NCBI GenBank assembly: GCA_027398005.1
Contig: DAHYUM010000001.1
Span: 203 to 64,202 of the forward strand
Reading direction: 5' to 3'
Length of the DNA: 64,000 nt
Origin: a bacterium
Lineage (GTDB): Bacteria; Bacteroidota; Ignavibacteria; Ignavibacteriales; Melioribacteraceae
Shown here: positions 8,021 through 18,262 of the stretch, piece by piece
Layout of the letters: each line of letters starts with the position of its first letter
Position numbering within the stretch: the first letter of the stretch is position 1
Program-made: the position numbers and the translations under genes
The notes under the pieces: model-generated
Databases searched by the model: none
Told to the model about the DNA's origin: nothing
What the model saw: only the letters and a program-made list of their open reading frames with translations

Positions 8021-10012
8021 ATGAGTGAACACGTAACCAAAGTGCAGGGTTTGCCCGAAAACGCGTACACCGAACTGAAACCGGGGGAAGATTATGTTCC
8101 TATTATGATTCCGGCTAAGGAATATCCCGAAGTAAATGCCTGGTCGGTTACATGGGGATTGGTAATGGCGGTTCTTTTTTCGGCAGCCGCGGCTTATCTG
8201 GGGTTAAAGATAGGACAGGTGTTCGAGGCGGCAATACCAATAGCCATAATGGCGGTGGGTATTTCCAAAGCGGCATCCAGAAATAATGCCCTGGGCGAAA
8301 ATGTGATTATCCAGTCGATCGGTTCTACATCGGGAGCGGTTGTTGCAGGGGGTATTTTTACTCTTCCGGCAATGTATATATTAAATCTTAACGCTTCCTT
8401 TTTCCAGATGTTTCTTGCCACTCTATTAGGCGGTTTCCTCGGAATATTATTCCTCGTGCCTTTTAGGAAATATTTCGTATCCGAAATGCACGGCAAGCTC
8501 CCTTTCCCCGAAGGGACTGCTACAACTGAAATTCTCGTAACAGGAGAGAAAGGGGGAAATCAGGCTAAAGTGCTTGTACTGGCGGGCCTATTGGGAGGCG
8601 CGTTCGATTTTGTAATTGACGCATTCGGCCTCTGGTCAGATAAATTTACATCCGCCGTTGTTCCAATTGGAGATAAGATAGTTGAAAAGACAAAACTGAT
8701 TTTCAAGCTTGATGTTCACGCCGCCATTCTGGGGCTCGGCTACATTATAGGCCTCCGCTACTCTATGATAATTGTTGCAGGCTCTTTCCTTTCATGGTTC
8801 GTGCTTATTCCTCTTGTTGCCTACATAGGCGATTTTGTGACATCTCCGATTGGAAGCACCGCGCTTCTGATTAAGGAAATGTCCCCCGAGCAGATATTCC
8901 AGACTTATGTACGCCACATAGGCATAGGCGGAATTGCAATGGCAGGGTTTATAGGAATTATCCGTTCATCAAAAATAATTAAATCGGCTGTTTCGCTGGC
9001 CGCAAAAGAGCTCGGCGGCGGAAAGGTGGCCGAATCGGATACACGCAGAACACAGCGCGGTCTTTCGATGAAAATTATAGCTGTAGGACTTTTTGCGGTT
9101 GCAGTGATAGTTTTTATATTCTTCCTTTTCGGTGTAGTACACAATATTGTACAGGCTTTAATAGGCCTTCTTGTTGTAATGATAATCTCATTCCTCTTTA
9201 CAACTGTTGCGGCAAACGCAATAGCAATTACAGGGAACAACCCGGTATCGGGAATGACCCTTATGACCCTTATCCTTTCCTCAATCATTCTTCTGTCAGC
9301 CGGGCTATCGGGCACTGCAGGAATGCTTTCTGCTCTTATTATAGGCGGTGTTGTATGCACGGCATTATCGGTAGCAGGCTCTTTCATAACCGATTTGAAA
9401 ATAGGCTACTGGCTCGGTTCATCCCCTTATAAGCAGGAGAGCTGGAAATTCCTGGGTATTACTGTTTCGGCCGCAATAACAATTCTTATTATGCAATTAA
9501 TGAATTCGCAGTTCGGGTTCGTAGGTGATAAGGCATTGCCGGCCCCGCAGGCAAATGCCATGGTTGCGGTAATCCAGCCTATCATGTCGAACCAGCCGGT
9601 TCAGTGGGTGCTCTATATTGCCGGGGCAATGATTGCATTAATACTTACCATGCTGAAAGTTCCGGCTCTTGCATTCGCATTGGGTATGTACCTGCCCCAG
9701 GAACTTAACGTGCCGTTGCTTGTAGGCGGCTTGATTGCCCATTATGTATCAACCCGTTCAACGGATGAAAGCCTTAATAAGGCTAGGGGCGATAAAGGAA
9801 CCCTTATAGCAAGCGGCTTTATTGCAGGCGGAGCTCTGTTCGGCGTTTTAAGCGTTATTCTCAAGACAGTAATGAAGAGCTACAATCTTGGCAGTGTATA
9901 TATGAGCGAATGGGCGGAATCCAATTCGGCCTCGGTTCTCGCGCTTATTATGTTTGCACTTCTCTGCGCTTATATAATATGGGATGCAATGAGGGCAAAA
10001 ACTGAAGAATAA
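8021..10012 (+). CDS. OPT-family oligopeptide transporter
   Basis: 663 aa and polytopic. The N-terminus (ELKPGEDYVP..., then many Gly-rich TM helices) is typical of bacterial OPT proteins. Confidence 0.85.
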   Translation: MSEHVTKVQGLPENAYTELKPGEDYVPIMIPAKEYPEVNAWSVTWGLVMAVLFSAAAAYLGLKIGQVFEAAIPIAIMAVGISKAASRNNALGENVIIQSIGSTSGAVVAGGIFTLPAMYILNLNASFFQMFLATLLGGFLGILFLVPFRKYFVSEMHGKLPFPEGTATTEILVTGEKGGNQAKVLVLAGLLGGAFDFVIDAFGLWSDKFTSAVVPIGDKIVEKTKLIFKLDVHAAILGLGYIIGLRYSMIIVAGSFLSWFVLIPLVAYIGDFVTSPIGSTALLIKEMSPEQIFQTYVRHIGIGGIAMAGFIGIIRSSKIIKSAVSLAAKELGGGKVAESDTRRTQRGLSMKIIAVGLFAVAVIVFIFFLFGVVHNIVQALIGLLVVMIISFLFTTVAANAIAITGNNPVSGMTLMTLILSSIILLSAGLSGTAGMLSALIIGGVVCTALSVAGSFITDLKIGYWLGSSPYKQESWKFLGITVSAAITILIMQLMNSQFGFVGDKALPAPQANAMVAVIQPIMSNQPVQWVLYIAGAMIALILTMLKVPALAFALGMYLPQELNVPLLVGGLIAHYVSTRSTDESLNKARGDKGTLIASGFIAGGALFGVLSVILKTVMKSYNLGSVYMSEWAESNSASVLALIMFALLCAYIIWDAMRAKTEE

Positions 10013-10032
10013 AAAAACTCTTATATAGAATT

Positions 10033-10065
10033 AAAAAATGCCGGCTTTAAGCCGGCATTTTTTTA
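10033..10065. terminator. Bidirectional intrinsic terminator between convergent genes
   Basis: aaaaaATGCCGGCtttaaGCCGGCATttttttt: an 8-bp GC-rich stem flanked by an A-tract and a T-tract. Confidence 0.8.
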
Positions 10066-10075
10066 TATGCTGTAA

Positions 10076-11287
10076 CTAGTCTTTCACCGGACCGGCCCAG
10101 AATTGTTCATCGTCTGTTGTATAGTAATTGTTATTAGTAATCTTATCCAACTGAACATTTGTAGGGTTATAACCGACCGGATATAAATCCAAATAAACTC
10201 TTTCCGAGGCAGGGCGGTTTTCGAATGCCTGACAGCTGTTAAGTGGAATTGAAAAGCGGAATAAATTCTTAGTCATATATGAATGCAGGTATTTATCTCC
10301 GCCGCCTGAGTAAGGCGCTCCGTTCCAATTAATTTCATCGGAAGCTTTAACGGGAAGGTTATTTACAAGGCGGTAGCGGGTTTCGCGTATGCTTAAAAGG
10401 TTTCCCTCTCCGTCGGTTACAACCGTTTCGAACGTGGGGTCCATCCAGAGCCATTTTTTCAGGGTGTTTGAATAAACTTCATTTATTACATGGCAGTCGT
10501 CAAATTTTTCCCCTTTGGGCATACATGTAATAAAGCGCGATTTATACCCCATGGAAAGATAGACCTCGTTAAGTATTGTAGCCATCATTCTGCAGTTAAC
10601 GCCTCTATCCGTCTTTTTGCAAACCTGAATAAGCGCGTCGGCTGTTTTAATAATAGGATTGGTGGAGCCGCCGTCATGTTTTACCGAATTGTGAACCCAT
10701 TTCATAAGATTTATGAAGCGCGATATTTCATTCCCGTTGCCCGCAACAGAATCGAGGTTATACTTGGTCCTTAAATTAACCAGCCCTTTTGAATCGGGGG
10801 ACTGGTAAGTAAACCGGGGCGCCGGGTTACTGCTTTTTTCGTAAGCGCCGTACTTTTTAAGTATATAATCGTAATCTCCTTTTTCCCTTATTGAGGCTAA
10901 TATTTTCTTAAACCGGGCATCGTTGCGGATGTTAAAGAGGTCGGGGTCTGCGCTGGCGTTTGTAAAGTCGGAAAACCCCGCTTCAACCGATTTATCGAGA
11001 TAGGCAATGGCGGAATCGCTAATGCCCGCCTGCGAATAGGCGCAGGCTATATTATAAAGGGTTCCGTAATTATAAGAATTATAGAGGGCGCGGGTATCGC
11101 CGTTAAGGGAGCTGAAGTAAAGCAGTTCCTTCTTAAGAAGGGCCGCTGCGTCTTTGAACCTGCCGTCTTTCCACAAAGCCACCCTTTCAGTTTCAACTTT
11201 GGCGGCATGTTTCTGAATCTCTTCGGCACTCTGTGCAGTAATGTATAGAGGATACATTAAAACGAGAGCAAAAATAAGTGATTTCAT
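10076..11287 (-). CDS. Secreted transglutaminase-like cysteine protease-fold protein with an N-terminal helical-repeat domain
   Basis: The C/H/D core reads GVNCRMMA...DDCHVINEVYS...WLWMDPT. I prefer the start at M16 (MKSLIFALVLMYPLYITAQS, a signal peptide) over the ORF-track start at 11332. Confidence 0.7.
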   Translation of the reverse strand: MKSLIFALVLMYPLYITAQSAEEIQKHAAKVETERVALWKDGRFKDAAALLKKELLYFSSLNGDTRALYNSYNYGTLYNIACAYSQAGISDSAIAYLDKSVEAGFSDFTNASADPDLFNIRNDARFKKILASIREKGDYDYILKKYGAYEKSSNPAPRFTYQSPDSKGLVNLRTKYNLDSVAGNGNEISRFINLMKWVHNSVKHDGGSTNPIIKTADALIQVCKKTDRGVNCRMMATILNEVYLSMGYKSRFITCMPKGEKFDDCHVINEVYSNTLKKWLWMDPTFETVVTDGEGNLLSIRETRYRLVNNLPVKASDEINWNGAPYSGGGDKYLHSYMTKNLFRFSIPLNSCQAFENRPASERVYLDLYPVGYNPTNVQLDKITNNNYYTTDDEQFWAGPVKD

Positions 11288-11386
11288 AATATTCCTGTTT
11301 GTTATGATTGTATGACGGAATTTAGCCGGCATTTGTTACATTTATTAAATAAAAATAAATTTTATTCGAGAAAGAGGGAATATTAA

Positions 11387-12520
11387 ATGGAAGAAATAAG
11401 GAAATTATTTCCGTATTTAAAAACGGGACAGATTTATTTTAACCACGCATCCATAGGCGCTTTGCCTGTTCCCGTGGTTGAAAGGATAAATAATCATCTG
11501 GCGGTGCGCAGCGGAGGGGAAGTCTCAAATTTCGACGCGATGATGGAATTCAGCAGGAGCGGAAAAGAAAAGGCGGGCAAATTAATTAATGCATCCCCCG
11601 AAAGAATTGCATGGTGCGAGAATGTTTCGCACGCAATAAGCATTCTTGCACAGGGGCTGGATTGGAAAGATGGGGACAGAATAATTCTTAACGACATAGA
11701 ATTCCCTTCGAATGTTTACCCGTTTATGGCCTTAAAGGAATACGGGGTTGAAATTGATTTTGCAAAATCGCGCAACGGTATGGCGGATATTGAGGATATT
11801 GAAAAGCTTATTACGCCAAGGACAAAATTGATTTCCATAAGTATGGTGCAGTTTATAAGCGGCTACCGCGCCGATGTAAACGCAATAGGGGATTTGTGCC
11901 GGCGGAAAGGGATTACATTCTGCGTGGATGTAATTCAGGCAGGAGGTAATGTAAGAATTGACGTTAACGATATTAAAGCCGATTTTATTGCAGGGGGAAC
12001 CCATAAATGGCTTTTAGGCATGCAGGGGCTCGGGTTCTTTTATCTGACAGAGGAACTCCAAACGAGAATTAAGCCGAAAATAGTGGGATGGACTTCGGTT
12101 GTGGACCCATGGAATATGCTTGATTATAACCTTACACTTCTGCCGGGGGCCGAGAGGTTCCAGACGGGAACCTATAATGATATAGGAATGGCGGCAATAG
12201 ACGCTTCGCTGGATATATTCCTTGGTTACGGAATGGAGAATGTGGAAAGGAATATTTTAAGCAATACCCGCTATTTTTTAAACAAGCTTAACGAGGCAGG
12301 CATTAAGACTGTTTTAAATAAAGATTTGGAGGATAAGCATCTTTCGGGCATAGTAACAATTGATATGCCTAGTCCGCAGAGGAATTTTCTTCTTCTGGAA
12401 AAGGAAAACATTAAATGCTCATTCAGGGAAGGGTACGTCCGTTTTTCGCCCCATTTCTATAATACTAAAGAAGAAATTGACACGGTGGTGGAAAGAATAA
12501 AATTCCTGTCGGGCAGATAG
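11387..12520 (+). CDS. Class-V aminotransferase-fold PLP enzyme (cysteine desulfurase-like)
   Basis: 377 aa. GGTHKW is the PLP-lysine motif. The overall layout is class V. Confidence 0.8.
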   Translation: MEEIRKLFPYLKTGQIYFNHASIGALPVPVVERINNHLAVRSGGEVSNFDAMMEFSRSGKEKAGKLINASPERIAWCENVSHAISILAQGLDWKDGDRIILNDIEFPSNVYPFMALKEYGVEIDFAKSRNGMADIEDIEKLITPRTKLISISMVQFISGYRADVNAIGDLCRRKGITFCVDVIQAGGNVRIDVNDIKADFIAGGTHKWLLGMQGLGFFYLTEELQTRIKPKIVGWTSVVDPWNMLDYNLTLLPGAERFQTGTYNDIGMAAIDASLDIFLGYGMENVERNILSNTRYFLNKLNEAGIKTVLNKDLEDKHLSGIVTIDMPSPQRNFLLLEKENIKCSFREGYVRFSPHFYNTKEEIDTVVERIKFLSGR

Positions 12521-12564
12521 CCGGATGCTATTAAAAGTATAATGAAATTATTCGATAATTGATT

Positions 12565-13266
12565 ATGGATTATAGAGCCAACATAGAATTTTATGCCGCT
12601 ATGCTTATAGCTTTAGTTCTTGCGGCATGCACAACGGCATCAACCGGCACCCCGACCGCGCCAACCGACACATCGGGCACTCCGGTATGGACCGGAAGGG
12701 TGGTTAATTACGGATATGTGCATTCGTTATCCAAAGTGGTTACAACGCATAAAATGATGCCTGCCGATACTGTTTTTATGGATACGAACCTTAAGGATAC
12801 AACATACAATTCATTATTCAGCATGATAAAGCTGGGCTACACATTCGATTCGCTTTCGAACGGGGACAAGATTTACCGCACACCTCAGAACGGATTTGTA
12901 GTATTCGACCTTGCCAAATTTTTCGGCGGAAGAATATCGAACATAAGGACGGCCAATTTAAAGATAAAGCTATTCCAGAAGAGCGATTATACTTCGGCGC
13001 TCAAATATTTTGTATCGGTAATGGATACAACAATTCTTGCCAAGACGGTAAGGGAAAGAGTAGCCGCTGTGGAAAGCTCGGGGGGCACAGGTGCCGGCTA
13101 TCTTAATGAAATTACTCTGGATGTTAAAGGGAATATTACTGCAAGCGGCAAGCTTGTAATTGGAATAAGGGCCGAAAACCCGAACCAGGCCTTTGCCGCA
13201 GTTGATTACTGCAAGATTGAATTTGACGGGGATATCGCATCCCCCGGTTCTAATACATCGAGATAA
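12565..13266 (+). CDS. Lipoprotein of unknown function
   Basis: Lipobox LVLAAC near the N-terminus. I prefer the ATG at 12565 to the TTG at 12559. Confidence 0.6.
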   Translation: MDYRANIEFYAAMLIALVLAACTTASTGTPTAPTDTSGTPVWTGRVVNYGYVHSLSKVVTTHKMMPADTVFMDTNLKDTTYNSLFSMIKLGYTFDSLSNGDKIYRTPQNGFVVFDLAKFFGGRISNIRTANLKIKLFQKSDYTSALKYFVSVMDTTILAKTVRERVAAVESSGGTGAGYLNEITLDVKGNITASGKLVIGIRAENPNQAFAAVDYCKIEFDGDIASPGSNTSR

Positions 13267-13270
13267 TTAA

Positions 13271-13301
13271 ATAGCCGGCATTATAAATAATGACCGGCTA
13301 T
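13271..13301 (+). terminator. Possible intrinsic terminator
   Basis: ATAGCCGGCA-ttataaataa-TGACCGGCTAT hairpin after the stop codon. The T-tract is weak. Confidence 0.4.
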
Positions 13302-13351
13302 TAAAATTTGAATTGAATAATTATTTTTCTGCAAATGGCGGCTGAAGAGTT

Positions 13352-13828
13352 TTATTTTTTCACAAAAGTAATGCCCTCATTCATTCCCGCTTTTGGTGTG
13401 TAAAAAATTATCGATTTATCATCCGGTTTGGAAAACTTATAAACAATTGTGCGGGGTTCCGGTTTAGGACCGGATTTAAATTTTATTTCTTTGCCGCCGC
13501 TTTTATAAACCGGCTTACCCGAATAATGGAATTCTATTACATTCCCTTTAACATTCCAGGTACCTGCTTCGGTAAAAACAACTTCTTTCGAATCCTTTTT
13601 AATCCTTTCTGTAAGTATAAAATTATGTCCGGCTTTAATTTCGAAAGAAAGGGCGTCGTAAAGATTTTTATCTCCTCTTATTCCGGCGGCTGCCCCTTTG
13701 TAATTCTGTGCCTCCCATACGCCAATAATCCCTTTTTCTGTGTTTGAATGGTTTTCCTGTTTATTCTGCCGGTTTGCAAATATAAATCCGGCAGTACATA
13801 ACAATAGAACAAGCAATAAGTTTTTCAT
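13352..13828 (-). CDS. Secreted small beta-rich protein, lipocalin-like (unknown function)
   Basis: 158 aa with a signal peptide (MKNLLLVLLLCTAGFIFA) and a GVWEA / GTWNV pattern. Confidence 0.6.
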   Translation of the reverse strand: MKNLLLVLLLCTAGFIFANRQNKQENHSNTEKGIIGVWEAQNYKGAAAGIRGDKNLYDALSFEIKAGHNFILTERIKKDSKEVVFTEAGTWNVKGNVIEFHYSGKPVYKSGGKEIKFKSGPKPEPRTIVYKFSKPDDKSIIFYTPKAGMNEGITFVKK

Positions 13829-13959
13829 TTCTCTCCTCCCTGTAAATATGTTTATTAATTAATGATTATCCCCGTTCTTAAATAATTAAACATAAGGGAA
13901 ATATAGCATGTTCCCGCCGGAATGAATATAAAGGATGGGAAAAAATCGAATAGAGAAAG

Positions 13960-13995
13960 GGGGTAAAAACATCAGGCCGCGGTTAAGCCGCGGCC
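13960..13995 (-). terminator. Intrinsic terminator of the 71-aa gene / PMM unit
   Basis: GGCCGCGG-ttaag-CCGCGGCC stem. On the minus strand it is followed by TGATGTTTTTAC. Confidence 0.6.
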
Positions 13996-14013
13996 CGTAA
14001 AATGCGGGTTAAA

Positions 14014-14229
14014 CTACTCTTCGGGGTTGTAGGTAAGTTCAATTTTAACGTGGAAATCGGCACCGCTGAAAAGGGTATATTTAACTTCGCCGATTGTGCA
14101 TTTATAATCCTCTCCTACCAGTTCGCTTACAACTTTGCTTATCCCGTTTTCTAAAGCGCCAATACTAACCGATTTAAGCTTATTTTTGAGTAATTTGTCA
14201 ACGTCAATTGCTTTTTCATTTTCAGCCAT
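14014..14229 (-). CDS. Small acidic hypothetical protein (71 aa)
   Basis: ORF with a GGAGA RBS-like sequence upstream and its own terminator. I recognise no family. Confidence 0.5.
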   Translation of the reverse strand: MAENEKAIDVDKLLKNKLKSVSIGALENGISKVVSELVGEDYKCTIGEVKYTLFSGADFHVKIELTYNPEE

Positions 14230-14317
14230 TTTATGTCTCCTTTTATATTAAAACTTTCCCTTAAGACGGTTTAATAAATTATAAGTTCAATTTACTAAAA
14301 GCGCTAATATAAAGAAA

Positions 14318-15664
14318 TCATTTCCTTATTAAAGTTAAAAGTTCTTCGGTTTTCTCATTCATCAGTTTTTCATCCCCCCTGGATTCAACATTAAGCCTTA
14401 AAAGGGGCTCGGTATTGCTCATTCTAACGTTAAAGCGCCAGTTATCGTATTCAACGCTTATGCCGTCGAGTTCATCCTGCCTGCCGTCTTTGTATTTTTC
14501 CTTAATTTCGGCAATTTTGCCTTTCGGGTCGGCCACTTCGGAATTAATTTCGCCGCTGCAGGGGAATGCTTTAACCATAGCCTCAACCAATTCCGAAAAA
14601 GGCTTGTTCTCGTCGCTCATAAGCTGAAGCACAAGCACGAATGGTATTAAGCCGCTATCGGTGTAAAAATTATCCCTAAAATAATGGTGGGCCGACATTT
14701 CCCCCCCGTAAATGGAGTTAACTTCCCTCATTTTCTGTTTAATAAAGGCATGTCCGCTTACCGATACAACCGTTTTACCCCCTGCTTTTTCAACTTCCTC
14801 AACCGTATTCCAGGTTAAACGGGGGTCGTGAACAATCTTTTCCCCCGGATTGTTTTTAAGAATAGATTTAGCCAGAAGAGCCACAATATAATAGCCTTCA
14901 ATAAAATTCCCTTTTTCGTCAAAGAAGAAACAGCGGTCGTAATCACCGTCCCAGGCAACCCCTAAATCGGCTTTATGCTCTAAAATCGCGTCGATAGTAG
15001 GTTTTCTGTTTTGGGGCAAAAGGGGATTGGGAACCCCATTCGGGAAATTGGAATCGGGCTCGTTATAAACTTTAATCATTTTTATAGGAAGGAACGGCTC
15101 CAAAGCATCTAATGCGGGGCCAACGCATCCGTTGCCTCCGTTAACTACTATTTTATACGGCTTAATTTTTTCTTTTTTAAAGAATTTATGGAGGTTTGTA
15201 ATAAACTCCTTCATTATATCGATGTTTTTAATGCTCCCTTTAACCGGTGCTTTAGTACCCAGATTATTTTGAAGAATCATCTGCTCAACTTCTTTCAAAC
15301 CGCTTTCGTATCCGAAAGGGACCGAGCCTTTTTTAACGAATTTAAGTCCGTTATATTCGGGGGGATTATGGCTTGCGGTTATCATTACACCCCCGTCGGC
15401 ATTTAGAAAGGGGGTTGCAAAATAGATCATTTCGGTGCCGCACAGCCCAAGGTCAATTACATCGGCCCCGGCATCTGTAATGCCTTCTGCAAGCGAGGCC
15501 GAAATGCTTTCGGAAGACTTTCGAACGTCGTGCCCTATTACAACGGTTTTGCATTTAAGAAGTGATACAAAGGCAAAACCCGTTTTGTATGCAAGCTCCT
15601 CATTAAGTTCCGAAGGAACCTTGCCCCTTATATCGTAAGCTTTAAAGGAAGTGATTCTATCCAT
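14318..15664 (-). CDS. Phosphomannomutase/phosphoglucomutase
   Basis: Motifs FKAYDIRG, TASHNP (the active-site Ser loop) and GDYDR. I prefer the start at 15664 because a GGAGA lies 5 nt upstream. The alternative ATG is at 15685. Confidence 0.9.
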   Translation of the reverse strand: MDRITSFKAYDIRGKVPSELNEELAYKTGFAFVSLLKCKTVVIGHDVRKSSESISASLAEGITDAGADVIDLGLCGTEMIYFATPFLNADGGVMITASHNPPEYNGLKFVKKGSVPFGYESGLKEVEQMILQNNLGTKAPVKGSIKNIDIMKEFITNLHKFFKKEKIKPYKIVVNGGNGCVGPALDALEPFLPIKMIKVYNEPDSNFPNGVPNPLLPQNRKPTIDAILEHKADLGVAWDGDYDRCFFFDEKGNFIEGYYIVALLAKSILKNNPGEKIVHDPRLTWNTVEEVEKAGGKTVVSVSGHAFIKQKMREVNSIYGGEMSAHHYFRDNFYTDSGLIPFVLVLQLMSDENKPFSELVEAMVKAFPCSGEINSEVADPKGKIAEIKEKYKDGRQDELDGISVEYDNWRFNVRMSNTEPLLRLNVESRGDEKLMNEKTEELLTLIRK

Positions 15665-15813
15665 ATAATCTCCAGTTTTTACCATGCCAAAATAAAGATT
15701 TTAAGGGACATAAGAATTATTTTTTTACGAAATGAACTTTTTAGGAAGATTGGAAGTTATTGTTTTCATGTTACAACATATAAATAGAAAAAACTAAAAA
15801 AAAGGTACAAAAA

Positions 15814-16398
15814 ATGAAAAAAATAAATCTTCTCCTAGTAATGCTTCTCTTTTCGGCGCCTTTATTTGCGCAGACAAAATGGACAGTAGACAAAGCGCAC
15901 TCCAAAGTCCATTTTTCGGTAACCCATATGGTGATTTCGGACGTAACCGGGGAATTTAAAAATTACGATGTTTACGTGGAAACCAACGGCGACGACTTTA
16001 CCAACGCTAAAATAGATTTCTGGGCAGATGTTAACAGCATTAGCACCGATAACGATGCCCGCGATAAACACTTAAAATCGGACGATTTCTTCAACGCGGC
16101 CAAATACCCCAAAATCACTTTTAAAAGCAAATCGATGACCAAGGTAGGGGATGGTAAATACAAACTGGTAGGCGATTTTACCATACGCGACGTTACAAAG
16201 GAAATTACCCTGGATGTAGAATACAGGGGAATGGTAAAGGACCCATGGGGCAATACCAAAGCGGGATTCAAGATTACGGGTGATATCAACCGTTTCGATT
16301 ACAACCTTAAATGGAACGCGCTTGTTGAAACAGGCGGTCTTGTAGTGGGCAAAGACGTTAAAATGATTATTGACCTTGAATTACAGAAAGTAAAATGA
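15814..16398 (+). CDS. YceI-family periplasmic protein
   Basis: Signal peptide, then WTVDKAHSKVHFSV.H and the typical YceI layout. Confidence 0.85.
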   Translation: MKKINLLLVMLLFSAPLFAQTKWTVDKAHSKVHFSVTHMVISDVTGEFKNYDVYVETNGDDFTNAKIDFWADVNSISTDNDARDKHLKSDDFFNAAKYPKITFKSKSMTKVGDGKYKLVGDFTIRDVTKEITLDVEYRGMVKDPWGNTKAGFKITGDINRFDYNLKWNALVETGGLVVGKDVKMIIDLELQKVK

Positions 16399-16844
16399 AA
16401 ATAGAAGAAGAAATACATCAGCTTAAATTCAGGAATGAATATCATAAGCTTGCCGTGAATATAATTTATACTCACGGCTGGCTTATGGGGCAGGAAACGA
16501 AACTGTTCGGCAAAAACGGAATAACCGCCAATCAGTTTAATATTCTTAGAATCCTTAGGGGGCAGCATCCAAACCCCGCAACGATTAATCTTCTAAAGGA
16601 ACGGATGCTCGATAAAATGTCCGATGCCTCGCGTCTTGTTGAAAGGCTAAGAGTAAAGGGGCTTGTAAAGAGGGAATATTCAAAAACCGACAGGCGAAGC
16701 GTTGATGTTACAATTACCGATAAAGGGATGAAGCTTCTTTCTGAATTGGATAAACTGGATGAAGCGCTCGATTCTCTTCTTGCAAACCTCTCCCCAAAGG
16801 AAGCAGAAAAAATGAATTCGCTTCTGGATAAGTTAAGAGGCTAA
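16395..16844 (+). CDS. MarR-family transcriptional regulator
   Basis: 149-aa winged-HTH protein (ITANQFNILRIL...DRR). It overlaps the yceI-like stop through an ATGA. Confidence 0.8.
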   Translation: MKIEEEIHQLKFRNEYHKLAVNIIYTHGWLMGQETKLFGKNGITANQFNILRILRGQHPNPATINLLKERMLDKMSDASRLVERLRVKGLVKREYSKTDRRSVDVTITDKGMKLLSELDKLDEALDSLLANLSPKEAEKMNSLLDKLRG

Positions 16845-17587
16845 AAAAAGGATTTTATTTCTTCCTTCGTAAGGGAACGGTAAGTTCCCTTTGCGAGGGA
16901 GCCTAACTGGACCCTGCCTATTTTAATTCTCACAAGCCTGAGAACCTGAATGCCGAGGGATTCGAATATCTTTCTTATATGCCTGTTTTTCCCTTCGTCA
17001 AGAATAATTTCTAACCAGCAGTTCTTTTCCCCCGGGCGCAATAGAGAAGCCGATTTCACATTGAGTATGCCGCCGCCTGTTTTTACGCCGGCCATAATGC
17101 GTTTTAACAAATCTTCGCCGGCAATACTGTTTACCTGAACGTGATATGTTTTCTCTATGCCCGATGCGGGATTGGTAATCTTTTCCCCCCATGCAGTATC
17201 GTTTGTAAAAAGGAGGAGCCCTTCGCTTGCTTTATCCAGGCGCCCTACGGGAAAAATATAAGGTAATCCGGAATCATTAAAACAGGCATAGACAGTATCG
17301 CGCCCTTTTTCATCCGATGCAGTTGTTACAAGTCCGCGCGGCTTATTAAGCATTAAATAAATTTTCTCTTCTTTTTTAGCCTCAATCCCTTCGAGAGATA
17401 TTTTATCCTTGTTCAGGTCGGTTCTGTAATTAATATCGGTAATAGTTTTCCCGTTAACCTTAACCAAGCCGGCAGTAATAAATTTAATTGCGCCCGAGCG
17501 GGAGCAGATGCCCAGTTTTGAAAGAGTCCGGGGAAGACTGTTGACCTGTGCCCCGGATTTTAAAGCTCCGGTAGTTCGTTTGCTCAT
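16841..17587 (-). CDS. Pseudouridine synthase, RsuA/RluB/RluE family
   Basis: An S4-like N-terminus and the catalytic motif GRLDKASEGLLLFTND. Confidence 0.85.
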   Translation of the reverse strand: MSKRTTGALKSGAQVNSLPRTLSKLGICSRSGAIKFITAGLVKVNGKTITDINYRTDLNKDKISLEGIEAKKEEKIYLMLNKPRGLVTTASDEKGRDTVYACFNDSGLPYIFPVGRLDKASEGLLLFTNDTAWGEKITNPASGIEKTYHVQVNSIAGEDLLKRIMAGVKTGGGILNVKSASLLRPGEKNCWLEIILDEGKNRHIRKIFESLGIQVLRLVRIKIGRVQLGSLAKGTYRSLTKEEIKSFF

Positions 17588-18238
17588 TTAAAGAAGTCCC
17601 GCAATAATATTTATTGCCAGCGCAAGAATAAATGTGTTGAATACAAAGGCAATAATGCTGTGCGCCAGTGTGAGCTTGCGCATTGAGCGCGAAGTAACCT
17701 GAGTATCGGAAACCTGGAAAGTCATACCGACTACGAATGAATAGTATGCGAAATCGGTGAAAACCGGATTTTTTTCATTGGGAAAATCGAGTCCCCCTTT
17801 ATGTCCTCCGTCCGTTTCCGAGTAATATAAATGGGCGTAATGTATTGTAAAGACGGTATGCACCAGAACCCATGATATTGCCAGAGTAATAAAAGCAAAG
17901 AATAAAATTGAATTGGCGTTATACAATTCAGAATGCTTAGCCGATTTTATAAGGAACGCAATAGCAACAAGGCTGATAACCGAAGTAAGAATAACAAAGA
18001 ATAGTATAACCGACCGGCTTGAATCTTGCAGGCGGGCGTTCTGAACCGTAATCCGCGCGTCCTTTTTAAGTATTACCCGCCATGAAAGAATTATGTCCGT
18101 AAGGGCAAGAACATCCCACGCGCCTATAAAAGCAATAGGCAGACTGAATGAAGCGGAGAGAATAAAGAAAGAAATAATTGCCAGAATTATTGCAATGGTA
18201 ATTCTTTCGTGGCTATCGAGGGGGCGTTTATATTGCAT
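17588..18238 (-). CDS. DUF1345-like integral membrane protein
   Basis: 216 aa with about 6 TM helices. The C-terminal YYSFVVGMTFQVSD motif recalls DUF1345. Confidence 0.65.
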   Translation of the reverse strand: MQYKRPLDSHERITIAIILAIISFFILSASFSLPIAFIGAWDVLALTDIILSWRVILKKDARITVQNARLQDSSRSVILFFVILTSVISLVAIAFLIKSAKHSELYNANSILFFAFITLAISWVLVHTVFTIHYAHLYYSETDGGHKGGLDFPNEKNPVFTDFAYYSFVVGMTFQVSDTQVTSRSMRKLTLAHSIIAFVFNTFILALAINIIAGLL

Positions 18239-18262
18239 AATTAATAAACCTTATAATTAAAA

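Noticed and set aside
15768-15779. 12-bp palindrome ATGTT-AC-AACAT upstream of the yceI-marR pair, as a possible MarR operator
   Set aside because: It is short, A/T-rich and easily produced by chance in this A/T-rich spacer. I kept it as a note only and did not call it as a feature.
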